Below are positions 41,251 through 53,862 of a stretch of DNA of 64,000 nucleotides, in pieces. The stretch's first letter is position 1. Every line of letters starts with the position of its first letter. The translations under genes were made by a program, and so were the position numbers. The notes beneath the pieces are model-generated. The model was not told the DNA's origin and searched no databases. It saw only the letters and a list, made by a program, of their open reading frames with translations. This stretch comes from Chrysomallon squamiferum (lineage: Eukaryota > Animalia > Mollusca): NCBI GenBank assembly GCA_012295275.1, contig CM022677.1:9734001-9798000 (forward strand). Reading direction: 5' to 3'.

Positions 41251-42829
41251 ATTTATTATTAATATTATTAATATTCTTCTTCTTCTTATTTTATATAATT
41301 ACATGCAATATGAAAATTAATCCTGAACAATCTTTGCATTTTTCATTATTAATAATAGAAAATAATAAAAATAATTACTGATTTCTCAAACCACTTTCAG
41401 TCACAATAAATAATGAAAAGTTTTAAAAAGTTTTATGGTGCAAAACGAATCCTGGAGAAGATGCATTTTCCAAAAAACTCGTGAAAAAGATTATCATATA
41501 AACCCATGTTTTATAATCAAAAGTAAAAAAGTAAAATATAAAATTCTTCAATCTATAATTAATATGATCACTAAAAATGTTTCTTTTCAATTTGATCTTG
41601 GATTTTCATTGTTTAAGTTTTTGGAAAGCTGACAACGCAGCACATTAAATTTGAATTATAACTTTATAAAGTATACTGAGAAGTGAAGATTAATGTCTTT
41701 TTTGTTTTTCTATTAAAAAGGAAGAAATGAGAAGACCTGAAATTAAGGAGATATATTATTATCTACACCAAATATTAATACTGAAAAGAAGAGCTGTAAA
41801 GTTTATACTGACTATTATTGTAAACAACAAGCTCAGTAGAAATATGAAGAAATATGGATGGGTTTCCAGGTAAGTGCCCTTTTTAAATAAATGTGTTAGA
41901 GAAAATAGGGTGAAGGTAAAGGTATGCCAGATAATTAAATGTGAAAGATGATTTCAAAATATTTACTTTAAAGAGAAACTCATTGTATATTGAGAATTAT
42001 AGAACAGGTTAAGAGATATATATACTTTTTTTAATTTTATTTTAGTAATAAATTTAAAAATGACAGATGCACAGACAGATGGAAAGATGATGGAGTGATA
42101 CATAGATTATACAGACTGCATGAAAAATAGAGTCAGAAGGTTGATAAATAGTCATAGTAAGAAAATGGAATAATAAAATATAGATAGACAGACAGACAGA
42201 CAGAAGACAGACCATAGATAAATTGACAGAGAGGAAGATAGAGGTAGGTCCAGTGAGAAAGAAAATAAAGTTATGTAGACAGAAATACAGCTTATAATGT
42301 AGCTATGTAGGCATAGTTAGATATGTAGGTAGGCAGGGAGTTGGGTTGACAGATGGTTACTGATGCATTGGAAAGTGCTTGCATGGAGAAAATGAAAAAA
42401 CAAATAGGTTGGTAGATAGGTAGATATGTGTGTAGCTAGGTTGATATACATCTATATCAAAGTGCAGGTACATGTGTTTGATGTGCTAGAACCTGTGTGA
42501 ATGAGAGTGTGCTTGTGATATAAATAGACACATACAGAAAGACAGAGGTTGTAAGATATTTATGCAGGGAGGTAGCCAGGGAGATAGACAGATGATTTAT
42601 GAATGGTTATTGATGGATCAGAATGTGAACAGATAGATGAAATAAAAATACAAAAACTGATAGGTTGGTATATGTATGTATGGTAATGTGGAAATAGGTT
42701 TTGATATATAAGTATGCAAGTAGTGTATATTTTTCTGTTACAGATATGTATTTCTGTATGTTAAGGAGAATGTTCTTGTATATTTTTGAGGAGTGGCTGT
42801 AAATTTAATGTGAAACAGGGAGTTAATAA

Positions 42830-42878
<49 letters not shown>

Positions 42879-43269
42879 CATGTGTAAGAAAATTTTATTG
42901 TATATTTTTGACAGAAGGGATGGGCATATATTTAAGTGTGTTTATAGAGGACAGATTTAACATAAAAGAAAAATAGATAAGATAGATAGAAAAATCATAA
43001 GTAGCTAGGTAGATATGTAGGCAGATCAGTAGGTTCATAGACCAATAGATATTTACATATATATAATATAAGTGAGTTGGTGGTAACCACATGTATATGT
43101 GTAAGAAAGTGTAGCTGTGTGTGTTTGTGTGTCAGAAATATGTAAGTGTGTTATAAATGGATAGAAATACAGAAAAACAGCTATGTATAGATGCATAGAT
43201 GATACATGGATGGTTATTGATACACTGGAATATGGATAGAGGAATAAGATAACTGTGTATGTGTGTATG

Positions 43270-43360
<91 letters not shown>

Positions 43361-43789
43361 GATGCATGGAAAAGGGTTTAGAGAAATGTTTGGATATGCA
43401 TGGTGTGAGTGATTGATTTACTTAGAATTTGATGGGTGGATAGGTAGATGGATATGCATACTATTGGATACATATCAGCAACAGTAAAGTAGATAACAAA
43501 ATTTGAAGGTAGCATGCTGAGGGTTGGCATTCAAATGTGAAGACAATGGGCAGCAGTTATCCCAATATTTAAAAATTTATAGATATAATTAAAAGAGAGC
43601 AGACCTTTGTTGAAGTTTCCATTTTACAATTAACAGCAGCTGAAAGATTGGTATAAAAATGTAGGAAAATCCAACAAGTTGACTTTGCCATATGCCATAT
43701 GCCAACAGCAAATGCTCTCTTTACAGGATAGAAAACTCCAGCAGACAACACTAATTCCATCTGGCATTTTGTCAGACTGTGAAATATTA

Positions 43790-44312
43790 TTTGTTGGTCT
43801 TTTGGGAAATAAATAAAGTAAGAAAGAAAGAAAGAAAGGGTAAGTAGAATAAAAAATCGTGTGCTGAATTGTTTTCATTTCATTTGGATGCTAACACTAA
43901 ATACTATACTATATTTTAATATTATGTAATGTAAAACAATAAGACATAACATAATGGAATGGAATGGAATACAATATAATATCTACCATTTTGTTGGTCT
44001 TTTGGGAAATAAAGAGAGAAATAAAGAAAGAAAGAAAGAAAGAAAAAAGGAAGTGGAATCAAAAATTTTGTGCTGAATCATTTTCATTTCATTTGTCTTC
44101 TAATACCAAATAACATAATATAATGTAAAAGAATAAAACACAAACATAATGGAATGGAATACATTTATAATCTACCATTTTGTTTGTCTTTTGGGAAATA
44201 AATAAAAAAAGAATAAACGAAAGAAAGGCAAGTACAATCAAAAATCTTGTGCTGAATCATTATCATTTCATTTGATATGATATCTACCATTTTGGTGGTC
44301 TTTTGTGAAATA
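43790..44312. repeat. ~190-bp tandem repeat, 3 copies plus a partial one
   Basis: ttgttggtcttttgggaaataaa...gtgctgaat...tcatttcatt at ~43790, 43990, 44180 and 44290. Confidence 0.85.
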
Positions 44313-44529
44313 AGCTATACTATAATCCCCTATTGTTTCACCATTACCCATCCTTGACAGCTTCAGTCATATATAACGATAGGTTTTGGCACAGTGTGGT
44401 GACACTGTGTTGGTGGGTGTCAGCCCAAGAAGTTGACAAATCTATTTTGTTTAGTACCAGGATGTAGAATAATAAAAGTCTCGGGACGTAGGCATATGTA
44501 ATTGGTTTATAAGTTCTGCGCTGCAGTTA

Positions 44530-45135
44530 TGAGATGCCTGTTTTGTTAACAACAAGATGAGAAAATTTACTAGAGGTGAACTATGTCACAATGCAGAGCC
44601 TACGTTGTGGCTGCAGACAACATGCTCCAGATGGTAGACAAGATACAACACAACCATGTGGTGGTGCCATTTATTAAGCACGTACATGTGTTCAAGGCAA
44701 AACTCATGGACTGATCTAAAATAGAAACAATGCCAATTCCTAAGATTTATGCTGATGAGATTTCCAATCTCAGGAAGAACTGTGACATTGTTGCTGATGG
44801 ATTGTTAACCAAGATTCCACATTTTAGTGCCATCAAGATGAAACTATACTGACAGCGACACAAAACCCTACCCTGATGACACCAGACAAGACAGGACACA
44901 ATTCCCAACAGTCCCCAAAGTACACAGGTGACAAAATTGATGGATTGTGTTACAAACACATGGATAGCAGGACCATGGCACCAGCAATGTGGAACCATTT
45001 TGGCAATGATAGTCACCATACCAATAATGCTTGGAAGAATGGCATCATAAAATAAACAAAATTGTCCAGAAGGGTCATCCGAACATTTCTGAAGTAGTAG
45101 GGCTTCTAAAACGTGAACAGTTAGCATTCCTTGTA
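44530..45135 (+). mobile_element. Degraded MULE (Mutator-like) transposase remnant with internal deletion
   Basis: PIPKIYADEI...KIPHFSAIKMKLY*QRHKTLP joined to TKLMDCVTNTWI, MWNHFGNDSHHTNNA and EWHHKINKIVQKGHPNISEVVGLLKREQ, matching the MULE RTNNxxEGWHxxxN...HPNI motif; stops and frameshifts present. Confidence 0.75.
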
Positions 45136-45536
45136 GTAGTTTTGGAGATAGCTACATAGGTATATATGTTTGTGTATTTATATATTCACACAAACAGACA
45201 TACATAGATAATTAAAAGATACAGTCTAAATAGAAGAGAGATAGACAGACAAATACAGTCAGACAGATATATTCATAGACAAAGGTAGACCAGTAGCTAG
45301 CTAGACACATAGGCAGACAGATAGATAGATACATAGAATGATAGCTGGATAGAGATAGACCGAACAAAAGCAGTAGATGGCTTGATATATAAATATATAG
45401 TAGAGAGAAAAGTGTATAAATCAACAAACAGATAGGCAGACAGAGATAGAGATAAAAAGATGCATATAATCAGAGAATATATGTAACTTACATCATCTAA
45501 TTAAGTATTTTGATAAAAGATCTTAAAATTATAATA

Positions 45537-45725
45537 CTGGGTTGGAACAAAAGTTAATACAATTTTTTTTTATCAGTAGATGTTATTTGATTTCATTTCA
45601 CACTTATAAATACTTATACAGACATACATACTCTGAAACTGAATAAAATGGCAGCTAGTATAAATATCTAAATATGTTTTTAATTTCACCTAAAAAGATT
45701 CTATGAACTTTTATAGCAACCCACT
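45537..45725. mobile_element. Mariner-derived MITE (~190 bp) with degenerate TIRs
   Basis: TA-ctgggttggaacaaaagtt ... aacttttatagcaacccact-TA; the inverted ends GGGTTG....AAAAGTT are mariner-like. Confidence 0.55.
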
Positions 45726-46567
45726 TATTATTTAATCAGTACAATAAGTCTGATCAGACTGAGTTGTTACTTTGTATTTTGAAAAAGAACTAAAATAAAA
45801 TAATAAAATAAAAATGTGTAAGTTTGTGGTTGACAATGCACTGATCAGACGCCCACTTCATCTCTTCACACACATTTCCTTGTACAGCCTCCAGTCTACC
45901 CACATTCCCTGAAATCAGAGTTTTTTTTTTTTTTAAATACATAATTTTCATCAATTTTTATATCTGTATTAAAAAAAACAGCCATTGTCATCCTTTAAAT
46001 GATGTCTATATATATATATATAATTTCAGGGTCACCATAGCTGGTTTTTTAATACAGATATAAATATATATATATATATTGCCATGGTGACTGAAAACAA
46101 TATATATTGTAAAGATGTGTATTACAAACAGGGCTTGACTAAGACAGCATATGTTATAATGGGACCTTACATTAAAGACACAATGTCATGAACTGATTTG
46201 TTTATTTGTGATTTACTGAAACTGATATCTGATGTATCAATTTAAAATACATTAACAGGTAACAAATGTTAATTATATTTTTACATTCAATGGAATCTGT
46301 ACAGAAATAAATTAATGAACTTTTTTTTTCAAAAAGACATTTTTTTATTTCAACATAATAAAGAATGTAAATTAAAGTAGCTGTATCCTTTGATCAGATA
46401 TAGTCTGCTCCAGTGTCCTCCATATCCACCAGAGTAAATGTGTAAACAGCCATGTCATATCCACCCACAGCAAAAGTCTGAAATTAAGAAGAGCGTAATT
46501 AAGTTGTACAGTCATTTCTTTCTTTTTATTTCTCTGTTTTTTCTTTCTTTATTTCTGTATTTATTTA

Positions 46568-47437
46568 CCGTATATACTTGTGTACAAGACGACCTTATGT
46601 ATAAGTCGATGTGTATTTTAAGACCAAAAATTGCATCATTTTAGGTATTACTTGTGTATAAGTCAACTGTAGATTCCAGACACCGTCACTATTTTTAGAC
46701 CAGTGTGACAGTGCCATGAAGGCCTACATTGTACGCCTACTGTAACATAACTTGCACGAGCTGTAACTTGCACGTGCAATTCAAAGTAAGATAATTTCGG
46801 AACCTCAGCAATATTTTTTTCTATCGAAACTCTGCTACAAGACACGCCCCCGATCCTATTCCTAGTGCGCTAATTGGCTGAGGCTTCGCGCACTTGGCAA
46901 CCGACTAGAATAACAAATATGGCAAGAAGTTGAACTGATTTTTGTTGCAGAACATTTATAGAAATTTAGTTTGTTTTCGATTTGTCGGTAGTGGATATTA
47001 ATGACGATTGCAATATTATTTCACCAAATTCTTTACAATTACACAAGTGAGTTTTGTTTATGAAATTAGGACCGATATTTAGTGCAATTTGGCAGAGAAG
47101 TCTGCATTCCTAGATCATTGCAAGACGCCATAAGGCATAATGCCGTACTGACAGTTTTCTCGCTTTAAAATGTATTTTTGTGTCATTAAACGGAAGAATA
47201 TCATGTTTTACATTCATATTTGGTTTTGTTATTTAATTTATCCAAATTTTTTATACGATAAAATTATATTTTTGAAAAGCTGAAAGACCCGCGATTATTT
47301 TAGATGCATCCCGTAGCAAAAAATAGTCAAAATGGCGACTCTTCAGCAACAGCTACAAAAGCATTACCTATGTATAAGTCAAAATATTACCTTAATATAG
47401 TCTCCCAAAAATTTGACTTATACACAAGTATATACGG
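46568..47437. mobile_element. Non-autonomous Tc1/pogo (Tigger-like) element, 870 bp, intact TIRs and TA target duplication
   Basis: TA|CCGTATATACTTGTGTACAAGAC ... GACTTATACACAAGTATATACGG|TA, with subterminal TGTATAAGTC repeats. It keeps CpGs while its flanks are CpG-poor, suggesting a young insertion. Confidence 0.9.
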
Positions 47438-47614
47438 TATTTATTTATTTATTTTTATTTTTTATTTTTATTATTATTATTATTATTTTATTATTTTACT
47501 TTTGTCTTGTCTTTTATTTTCAGAAATGTTCTTGACAGATTCTGTTTTCTTCACCTCTGCTGTTGTTGCTGTAGTTGTTTCATCATCACTTTTTGCTGCT
47601 GCTGTCTTATTTAA

Positions 47615-48446
47615 GCTAGTTTCTGACTGAACTGTGTTTTCACTGACTGTGTTACTGGTGTTTTCTGTGACTGTGTTACTGGTGTTTTCACTGACTGTGT
47701 TGCTGCTGTTCTCTTTAAGCTGGTTTCTGACTGAACTGTGTTTTCACTGACTGTGTTACTGGTGTTTTCACTGACTGTGTTCTGGTGTTTTCACTGACTG
47801 TGTTACTGGTGTTTTCTGTGACTGTGTTACTGGTGTTTTCACTGATTGTGTTACTGGTGTTTTCACTGACTGTGTTCTGGTGTTTTCACTGACTGTGTTA
47901 CTGGTGTTTTCTGTGACTGTGTTACTGGTGTTTTCTGTGACTGTGTTACTGGTGTTTTCACTGACTGTGTTACTGGTGTTTTCACTGACTGTGTTACTGC
48001 TGTTTTCACTGACTGTGTTACTGCTGTTTTCAGTGACTGTGTTACTGGTGTTTTCTGTGACTGTGTTACTGGTGTTTTCACTGACTGTGTTGCTGCTGTT
48101 CTCTTTAAGCTGGTTTCTGACTGAACTGTGTTTTCACTGACTGTGTTACTGGTGTTTTCACTGACTGTGTTACTGGTGTTTTCACTGATTGTGTTACTGC
48201 TGTTTTCACTGACTGTGTTACTGCTGTTTTCACTGATTGTGTTACTGCTGTTTTCACTGACTGTTACTGCTGTTTTCACTGACTGTGTTACTGGTGTTTT
48301 CACTGACTGTGTTACTGGTGTTTTCACTGATTGTGTTACTGCTGTTTTCACTGATTGTGTTACTGCTGTTTTCACTGACTGTGTTACTGGTGTTTTCACT
48401 GACTGTGTTACTGGTGTTTTCACTGACTGTGTTACTGCTGTTTTCT
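47615..48446. repeat. 24-bp VNTR (CTGACTGTGTTACTG[G/C]TGTTTTCA) with variant units and a higher-order interruption (ttaagctggtttctgactgaa, 3 times)
   Basis: Direct periodicity; the minus strand reads SENTSNTV or KTPVTQSV repeats. Confidence 0.95.
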
Positions 48447-48754
48447 GCTTCTATCACTGGCATGTGCTCTGCCTCTGTCTTCTTTTTACCTACAAACAAG
48501 TGATATTTTTATATACCTCTTATCTCTTTATAGCACAGTGTGTCATTTGTTTCTACATAATTATGTTTGTATATAATATAGATATATATATATATATACA
48601 GTTTTTTATATACAGAAGTGCATAGGCCTTACAGAAGCATGACGAATACTTTTAAAATTATTTTTATTTATTTATTTATTTATTTATTTATTTTATTTCT
48701 TAATTATTTTTATGTTGGTTTTTTTATTAATTTTTTTTTTTTTTTTTTTTTGCA

Positions 48755-48900
48755 GCCTGTAGATGATAATTTTAATAATAGTGAGTAGCCTGTAGATGAT
48801 AATTATAATAATTGTGAGTTGGCTGTAGATGATAATTATAATAATAGTGAGGATCATAATTACAATAATACTGAGTAGGTTTGTAGATGATAATTATAAT
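48755..48900. repeat. ~33-bp degenerate minisatellite (GTAGATGATAATTATAATAATAGTGAGTAGCCT); a longer paralogous array lies at 51140-51545
   Basis: Same unit at both loci, each followed by the same unique sequence gagactggct...ggatcaat.cttttcatttttctctgaca. Confidence 0.8.
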
Positions 48901-49149
48901 AATGAGACTGGCTCAGTTGTTAGAATATTTCACTGATGTGGAAGCTCACTGGATCAATGCTTTTCATTTTTCTCTGACATTATTTTTGTAAAATATTGGC
49001 TGTATATTGTAAATACTAGAAAAGAAAAAGAAAAAAGAAGGAAAAAAAAAAAGAAAAAAAAAAAAGTATAAATAGATAAATAAAAAAAAATGAAAATAAA
49101 TAAATAAATAAGGAAACAGACTGACAGACAGATCAAAGCTTTTTTTTTT

Positions 49150-49415
49150 CTAATATTTTGTGAAAATGTTACACAACTCTTTGTTCTTTCTCAGAAGCAT
49201 GTAGCATCATTTAGGCGGATTCCAAAGTGTGTTTATCTAAGCTTGCAAATCTTCATTACTATGTCAAAACAAATTAAAAGGATTGAACTTGGGATGGTTG
49301 ATGCATTTGGCAATATTCAGATGGTATTCTCTGACATGGTATTCAAAGAAAGAAAAACTTTCTGCACCTCACTAATGTTCATATCTGATACCAGATTCAA
49401 CTCCATAATAGTTTC
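49150..49415 (-). pseudogene. Decayed exon-like duplicate of 52270-52552 (unknown protein)
   Basis: Acceptor tttgtttcttcag, then ETIMELNLVSD, then in another frame EYHLNIAKCINHPKFNPFNLF*HSNEDLQA*...CYMLLRKNKELCNIF with in-frame stops. Several differences from the other copy are synonymous in these frames. Confidence 0.5.
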
Positions 49416-49644
49416 CTGAAGAAACAAAATTCAGCTCAGGATGAGAATTCAAATAAGAAAAAAAAAATTTAAAAATGTTAATCTTCATTTTGTAAAAGAA
49501 GCATTTTTATTTGAGTTTGAAATTGACATTTTTGCATCATATGATTTAGTTTTGATGGAGAGGCTACGTAAATATATATATGTATATCTATAAAATGATA
49601 GTAATTATTGTAGTACTGAAGATACATCTGAAAACCAGGTTTCT

Positions 49645-49805
49645 GTGATTATTATTAATACTAGATATAAATAATTTGTAGGTTTACATGATTATTAATA
49701 TTACTAGATGTAAATAATGTGTAGGTTTACTTGATTATTGTTAAAACTAGATAAAAATGATTTGTAGGTTTAGATAATTATTATTAAAACTAGTATATGT
49801 TTGTA
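49645..49805. repeat. ~40-bp tandem repeat, about 4 copies
   Basis: tgattatta...actagat.taaataat.tgtaggttta.a repeated. Confidence 0.7.
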
Positions 49806-50562
49806 GTCACATAAGCAATATTTGGTGAACTAAAAAAATACTATGAAATATTACTTCATTCCAGATTCACTATGCAAGGTAATTTTTTTTTTTTATGTTT
49901 TAAGCCATAATAACACACTTTTGTTTTCTATTTTGTAGATCATTGTCCAGTTGTATAAAATATTTTTTACTTGTCCTAATGTAATATTTTGTTTAAATAA
50001 TTGCAAAATGCATCGCAATTGAAAAATAATTGTAAGTTTGTGTGATTGTGTTGTGTGTGTTGCATGCATTTCTCCAGGGTTTTTTGTTAGAAACTTTTAT
50101 GTAGTTATCATATTTATTTTTCAAAAATATATTTTATGTAAAATTGTTTTTGTTTTGAAAAGTTTTACTAAAATTCCCTATTACTTTCTCATTTTTATGT
50201 TTTATTCTAATGTTTATATGATCTAATTATCTAAAAATATTAAATATTATTTTTCAAAAATATTTTGTGTAACATTGTTTTTGTTTTGAAAAGGTTTACC
50301 AGAATTCCCTATTGATTACTCATTTTTGTATTTTATTCTATTTAACCAAAAACATTAAATGGTATGAAATAAAGTATTCTTACAATTATACTGACATACT
50401 TAGTTACTGAATGTGTAACTTAAACCAGGATATTTAATATCAGTATAGATGTATATACCTTATTTCCATTCAGTTTATGTATATTTCATGCTGTATACTT
50501 ATTTAAAGTCAGTATATTTAACATTGATTTGTGTTCCCAGTATATTTATACAGAATCATCAG

Positions 50563-50608
<46 letters not shown>

Positions 50609-51544
50609 GAGATAATCAGTTATTAATGCATGGTATTAATGCATGGTTCAGTTAGTTCAGTTCTTGAGCCAGTGTTATATGTAAATGTGTATACAATGTC
50701 ATAAGTAAAAAGCAATATGTTGATAAAAAAATTATAGATAAAGGAAATACTTATAACTTTATATACAGTTTATTGTAATTAATATATTTTGTTATGATTA
50801 TTATGATTGTACATGATTACTACCTAATTTTAATATTTATTTCAAAGTTTGTTGTTTTCCAGATCAGTTTAATTAGATGTGTTAGTAGTTAAGTGGTTTG
50901 ATCTATGCATTTCTAAAAATCACCTTTCCAAATGCTTGGAGAACAAATTCAGTGACAAAAATAACTAAACACACACGTAAAGACAGATATATATTATAAC
51001 TGTTTATTACAGCTATTTGCTATAACATCTCAAATTCTTACATTAATAATTAATGAAGAAAACTATGTAAGTTATTTGGAAAAGTGAATGTAATTCCAGT
51101 AAATCAATAAAATACAATCTTTACATATTTATAAAAACAGTAGAAGATAATTACAATAATAGGGAGCAGCCTCTGTAGACAATAATAGTAGATGATAATT
51201 ACAATAATAGTGAACAGCCTGTAGACTAATTATAATAAGTAATAAATGATAATTACAATAATAGTGAGCAGATTGTAAACAATAACTATAACAATAGAAG
51301 ATGATATTAATAGTGAACAGGTTATAGACAATAATTATAATAATAGTAGATGATAATTACAATAATAGTGAAGATGATAAAATTACAGTAATAGTGAACA
51401 GGCTAGACAATAATTATAATAACTAGATTATATTTACAATAATAGTGAACTGATTATAGACAATAATAAAAATAACTATATTAATAGTAGATTATAATTA
51501 CATTAATAGTGAGTAGGTTTGTAGATGATAATTATAATAATAAT

Positions 51545-51602
51545 GAGACTGGCTGAGTGGTTAGAGTATTTAACTGATATGGAAGCTCACTGGATCAATT
51601 CT
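51545..51602 (+). pseudogene. tRNA-like or SINE-head remnant (second copy at 48904-48960)
   Basis: A-box TGGCTGAGTGGTTAGAG and B-box-like GGATCAATTC at tRNA-like spacing; no intact cloverleaf. Confidence 0.4.
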
Positions 51603-52463
51603 TTTCATTTTTCTCTGACAAAATTTCCTGTTCTAACCACATCTAAACTGTGATTTGTTAAAACAAACACAAAAATAGGAAAACAACAATTGCATTTTAC
51701 TAGTGATTATAAATTATTTTTAACAAACCATCAAATTTTTTTTTTTTTGTTTGTTAATTATTTACAAGATAATAGAAATCATTTTGGTAAATATTGTATA
51801 TATTGTAAATAAGAAAAAAAACAAAGAAAAAACTATAAATAGATAAATTAAAAAATATATATGAAAGTAAATAAATAAATAACTAAATAAAATTTTGTAA
51901 CATATGCATCACAAATATACCATGAGCCAATGTATGTTTATGTATTTGTGTATGTGTGTATTCTTTTTTGCATGTATGTATGCAGACGTGTTTACATGTG
52001 TGTATGTATGTGTATGTACACGTACTTACAAATAATGAATGAATATGTTTAGTAATGGCATTTTATTCAGTTTCATGTTTGTGATGTTTGAATAAAAAAA
52101 TTAAAAAAACAATTATAAATAAATAAATAATGCGGAATTTATAGGCAATGTTTTGATGTTCTGGTACAACGACATCAATACTTTCGAGAACAGTGAGTTT
52201 ATAAACAGTTAATCATTTTAAAGAGTGTAAATTTTATATTCTGTTGTACAACAACTGAAGGAATCAGACTGAGAGATAAATCTGTGAGAATATTGCACAA
52301 CTCTCTGTTCTTTCTGAGAAGCTCGTAGTAGTGTTTTGGCGGCTTTGAAGTGCGTATAGCTCAGCTCGCAAATCTTCATTGCTTCGCCAGAACAAATCAA
52401 ATTCTTTAAATGGATTGAACTTCGGATGGTTGATGCATTCGGCAATATTCAGATGGTATTCAC

Positions 52464-52908
52464 CTACACTGCATTCTCAGAGTGTTTCTCCACCTCGCTA
52501 GTGTATGCGTCTGATACATGATTCAACTCCATCACGGTTTCCTCTAAATCTTCTACAATAATATCTTTGGCCACTGCAAATTATAAACAATTAGATAAAG
52601 TTTTATATTAATATGATATTGTTTCCATGTTATTTTTGGTTTTAGATTAATATTTTATTATTTGTTTGTTCAGTTATATAATGTAAGACATATATTATCA
52701 TTTGGACATTGTAGAAACGGGTGGTATTTGTAATTAGTCACGTGACATACTTGACTACTACTGATACTTATCAATTACCATCTCTTTAAATTCGTAATTA
52801 CAGTTAATACAAACCTCTTAGAACCTCTTGTTTAGCCTCAATCATTTTTAAAATTTTACTTTGTTTGCGGCGCTTCAGACACGGACAACACCATGATAGC
52901 CACTTCAT
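52464..52908 (-). CDS. Putative small orphan protein or pseudogene: MKWLSWCCPCLKRRKQ-KDLEETVMELNHVSDAYTSEVEKHSENAV (45 aa)
   Basis: Exon 52908-52860 (aaaATG, donor gtaaaa, phase 1) joins in frame to exon 52552-52464 (acceptor tattgtag). Upstream are TGACGTCA (~53153) and CCAAT (~53171). No family recognised. Confidence 0.35.
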
Positions 52909-53393
52909 TTTTTCTCTTTTTTTTATTTGCTTTATAAACACAACTGCAGCTGATTGTTGTAGCTAACTGTCTAGTCGCTATTTGCCTTGTTTGTAATGAT
53001 AATAATATTGGATGATATCTCCGAAAACGATTATTCCAAATTTTACTTTTTATGATGAAGTTCATTGACATCTGCTATATTCGTGGTTATCTTAAAATTG
53101 GACATGTGTGCACATCCGGCTAACCTAATTTTATTTCTGATACTGGTAAGTTTGACGTCATTAGTCTCATCCAATCTGCCAGGAGAAATGAGTACACAGA
53201 ACATTTTATGCTACTGAAACGACTTTGGATTATACATTCAGTAAATAATGCATACATTCCTTTATTAAAAATAATTATAAAATAAATCTTGTTGATATAA
53301 ATGTTATTCAAAGTTACTTTTATTTTATTTTTAATGTTCTTTCTGGGTTCGTTTTAATTGATTCCATTTTTTAACTTATTTATTTATTTATTA

Positions 53394-53448
<55 letters not shown>

Positions 53449-53862
53449 TCATGTGATGATCTGAATGTATTATATTATATTGATGTTTTTAAACTTTATT
53501 TATTTTATGACATTATTTTGGTATCAGTCTGAGCGACTTTTAATTAAATTAATTATCCTACTGACATTTTATTTTTAGAATGTTTATATTGGATGGATGG
53601 AAGGAAGAAGGAAGTATAATATATGTATGAATGCATGTGTGTATTTAAAAATTAATATTTTGTTGTGTAAAATGCGCTTTGCGAATGCACTGACACGTAT
53701 GGACGAAACCCCGTGAGATGCAGCTGACGAGACTCGAACGTAGCACCTCAGAATCGATTTACACACCCAGACTCACAATTTGTAAAATTTATAAAAACAA
53801 CGAATAGAACTTGCAAATATTTTTTATTTTTATTTGTTTACTACTTCTGATTAAGGATATGC

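Noticed and set aside
47880-48625. Plus-strand poly(LLVFSLTV) membrane protein ORFs
   Set aside because: A by-product of the 24-bp VNTR; no plus-strand exon structure or ATG context.
51545-51602. Functional tRNA gene
   Set aside because: A- and B-box-like motifs only; the acceptor and anticodon stems do not pair.
53695-53750. Hammerhead ribozyme (GAAA ... CTGACGA)
   Set aside because: Only about 15 nt separate the core motifs, too short for stems III and I, and the stem II strands do not pair.
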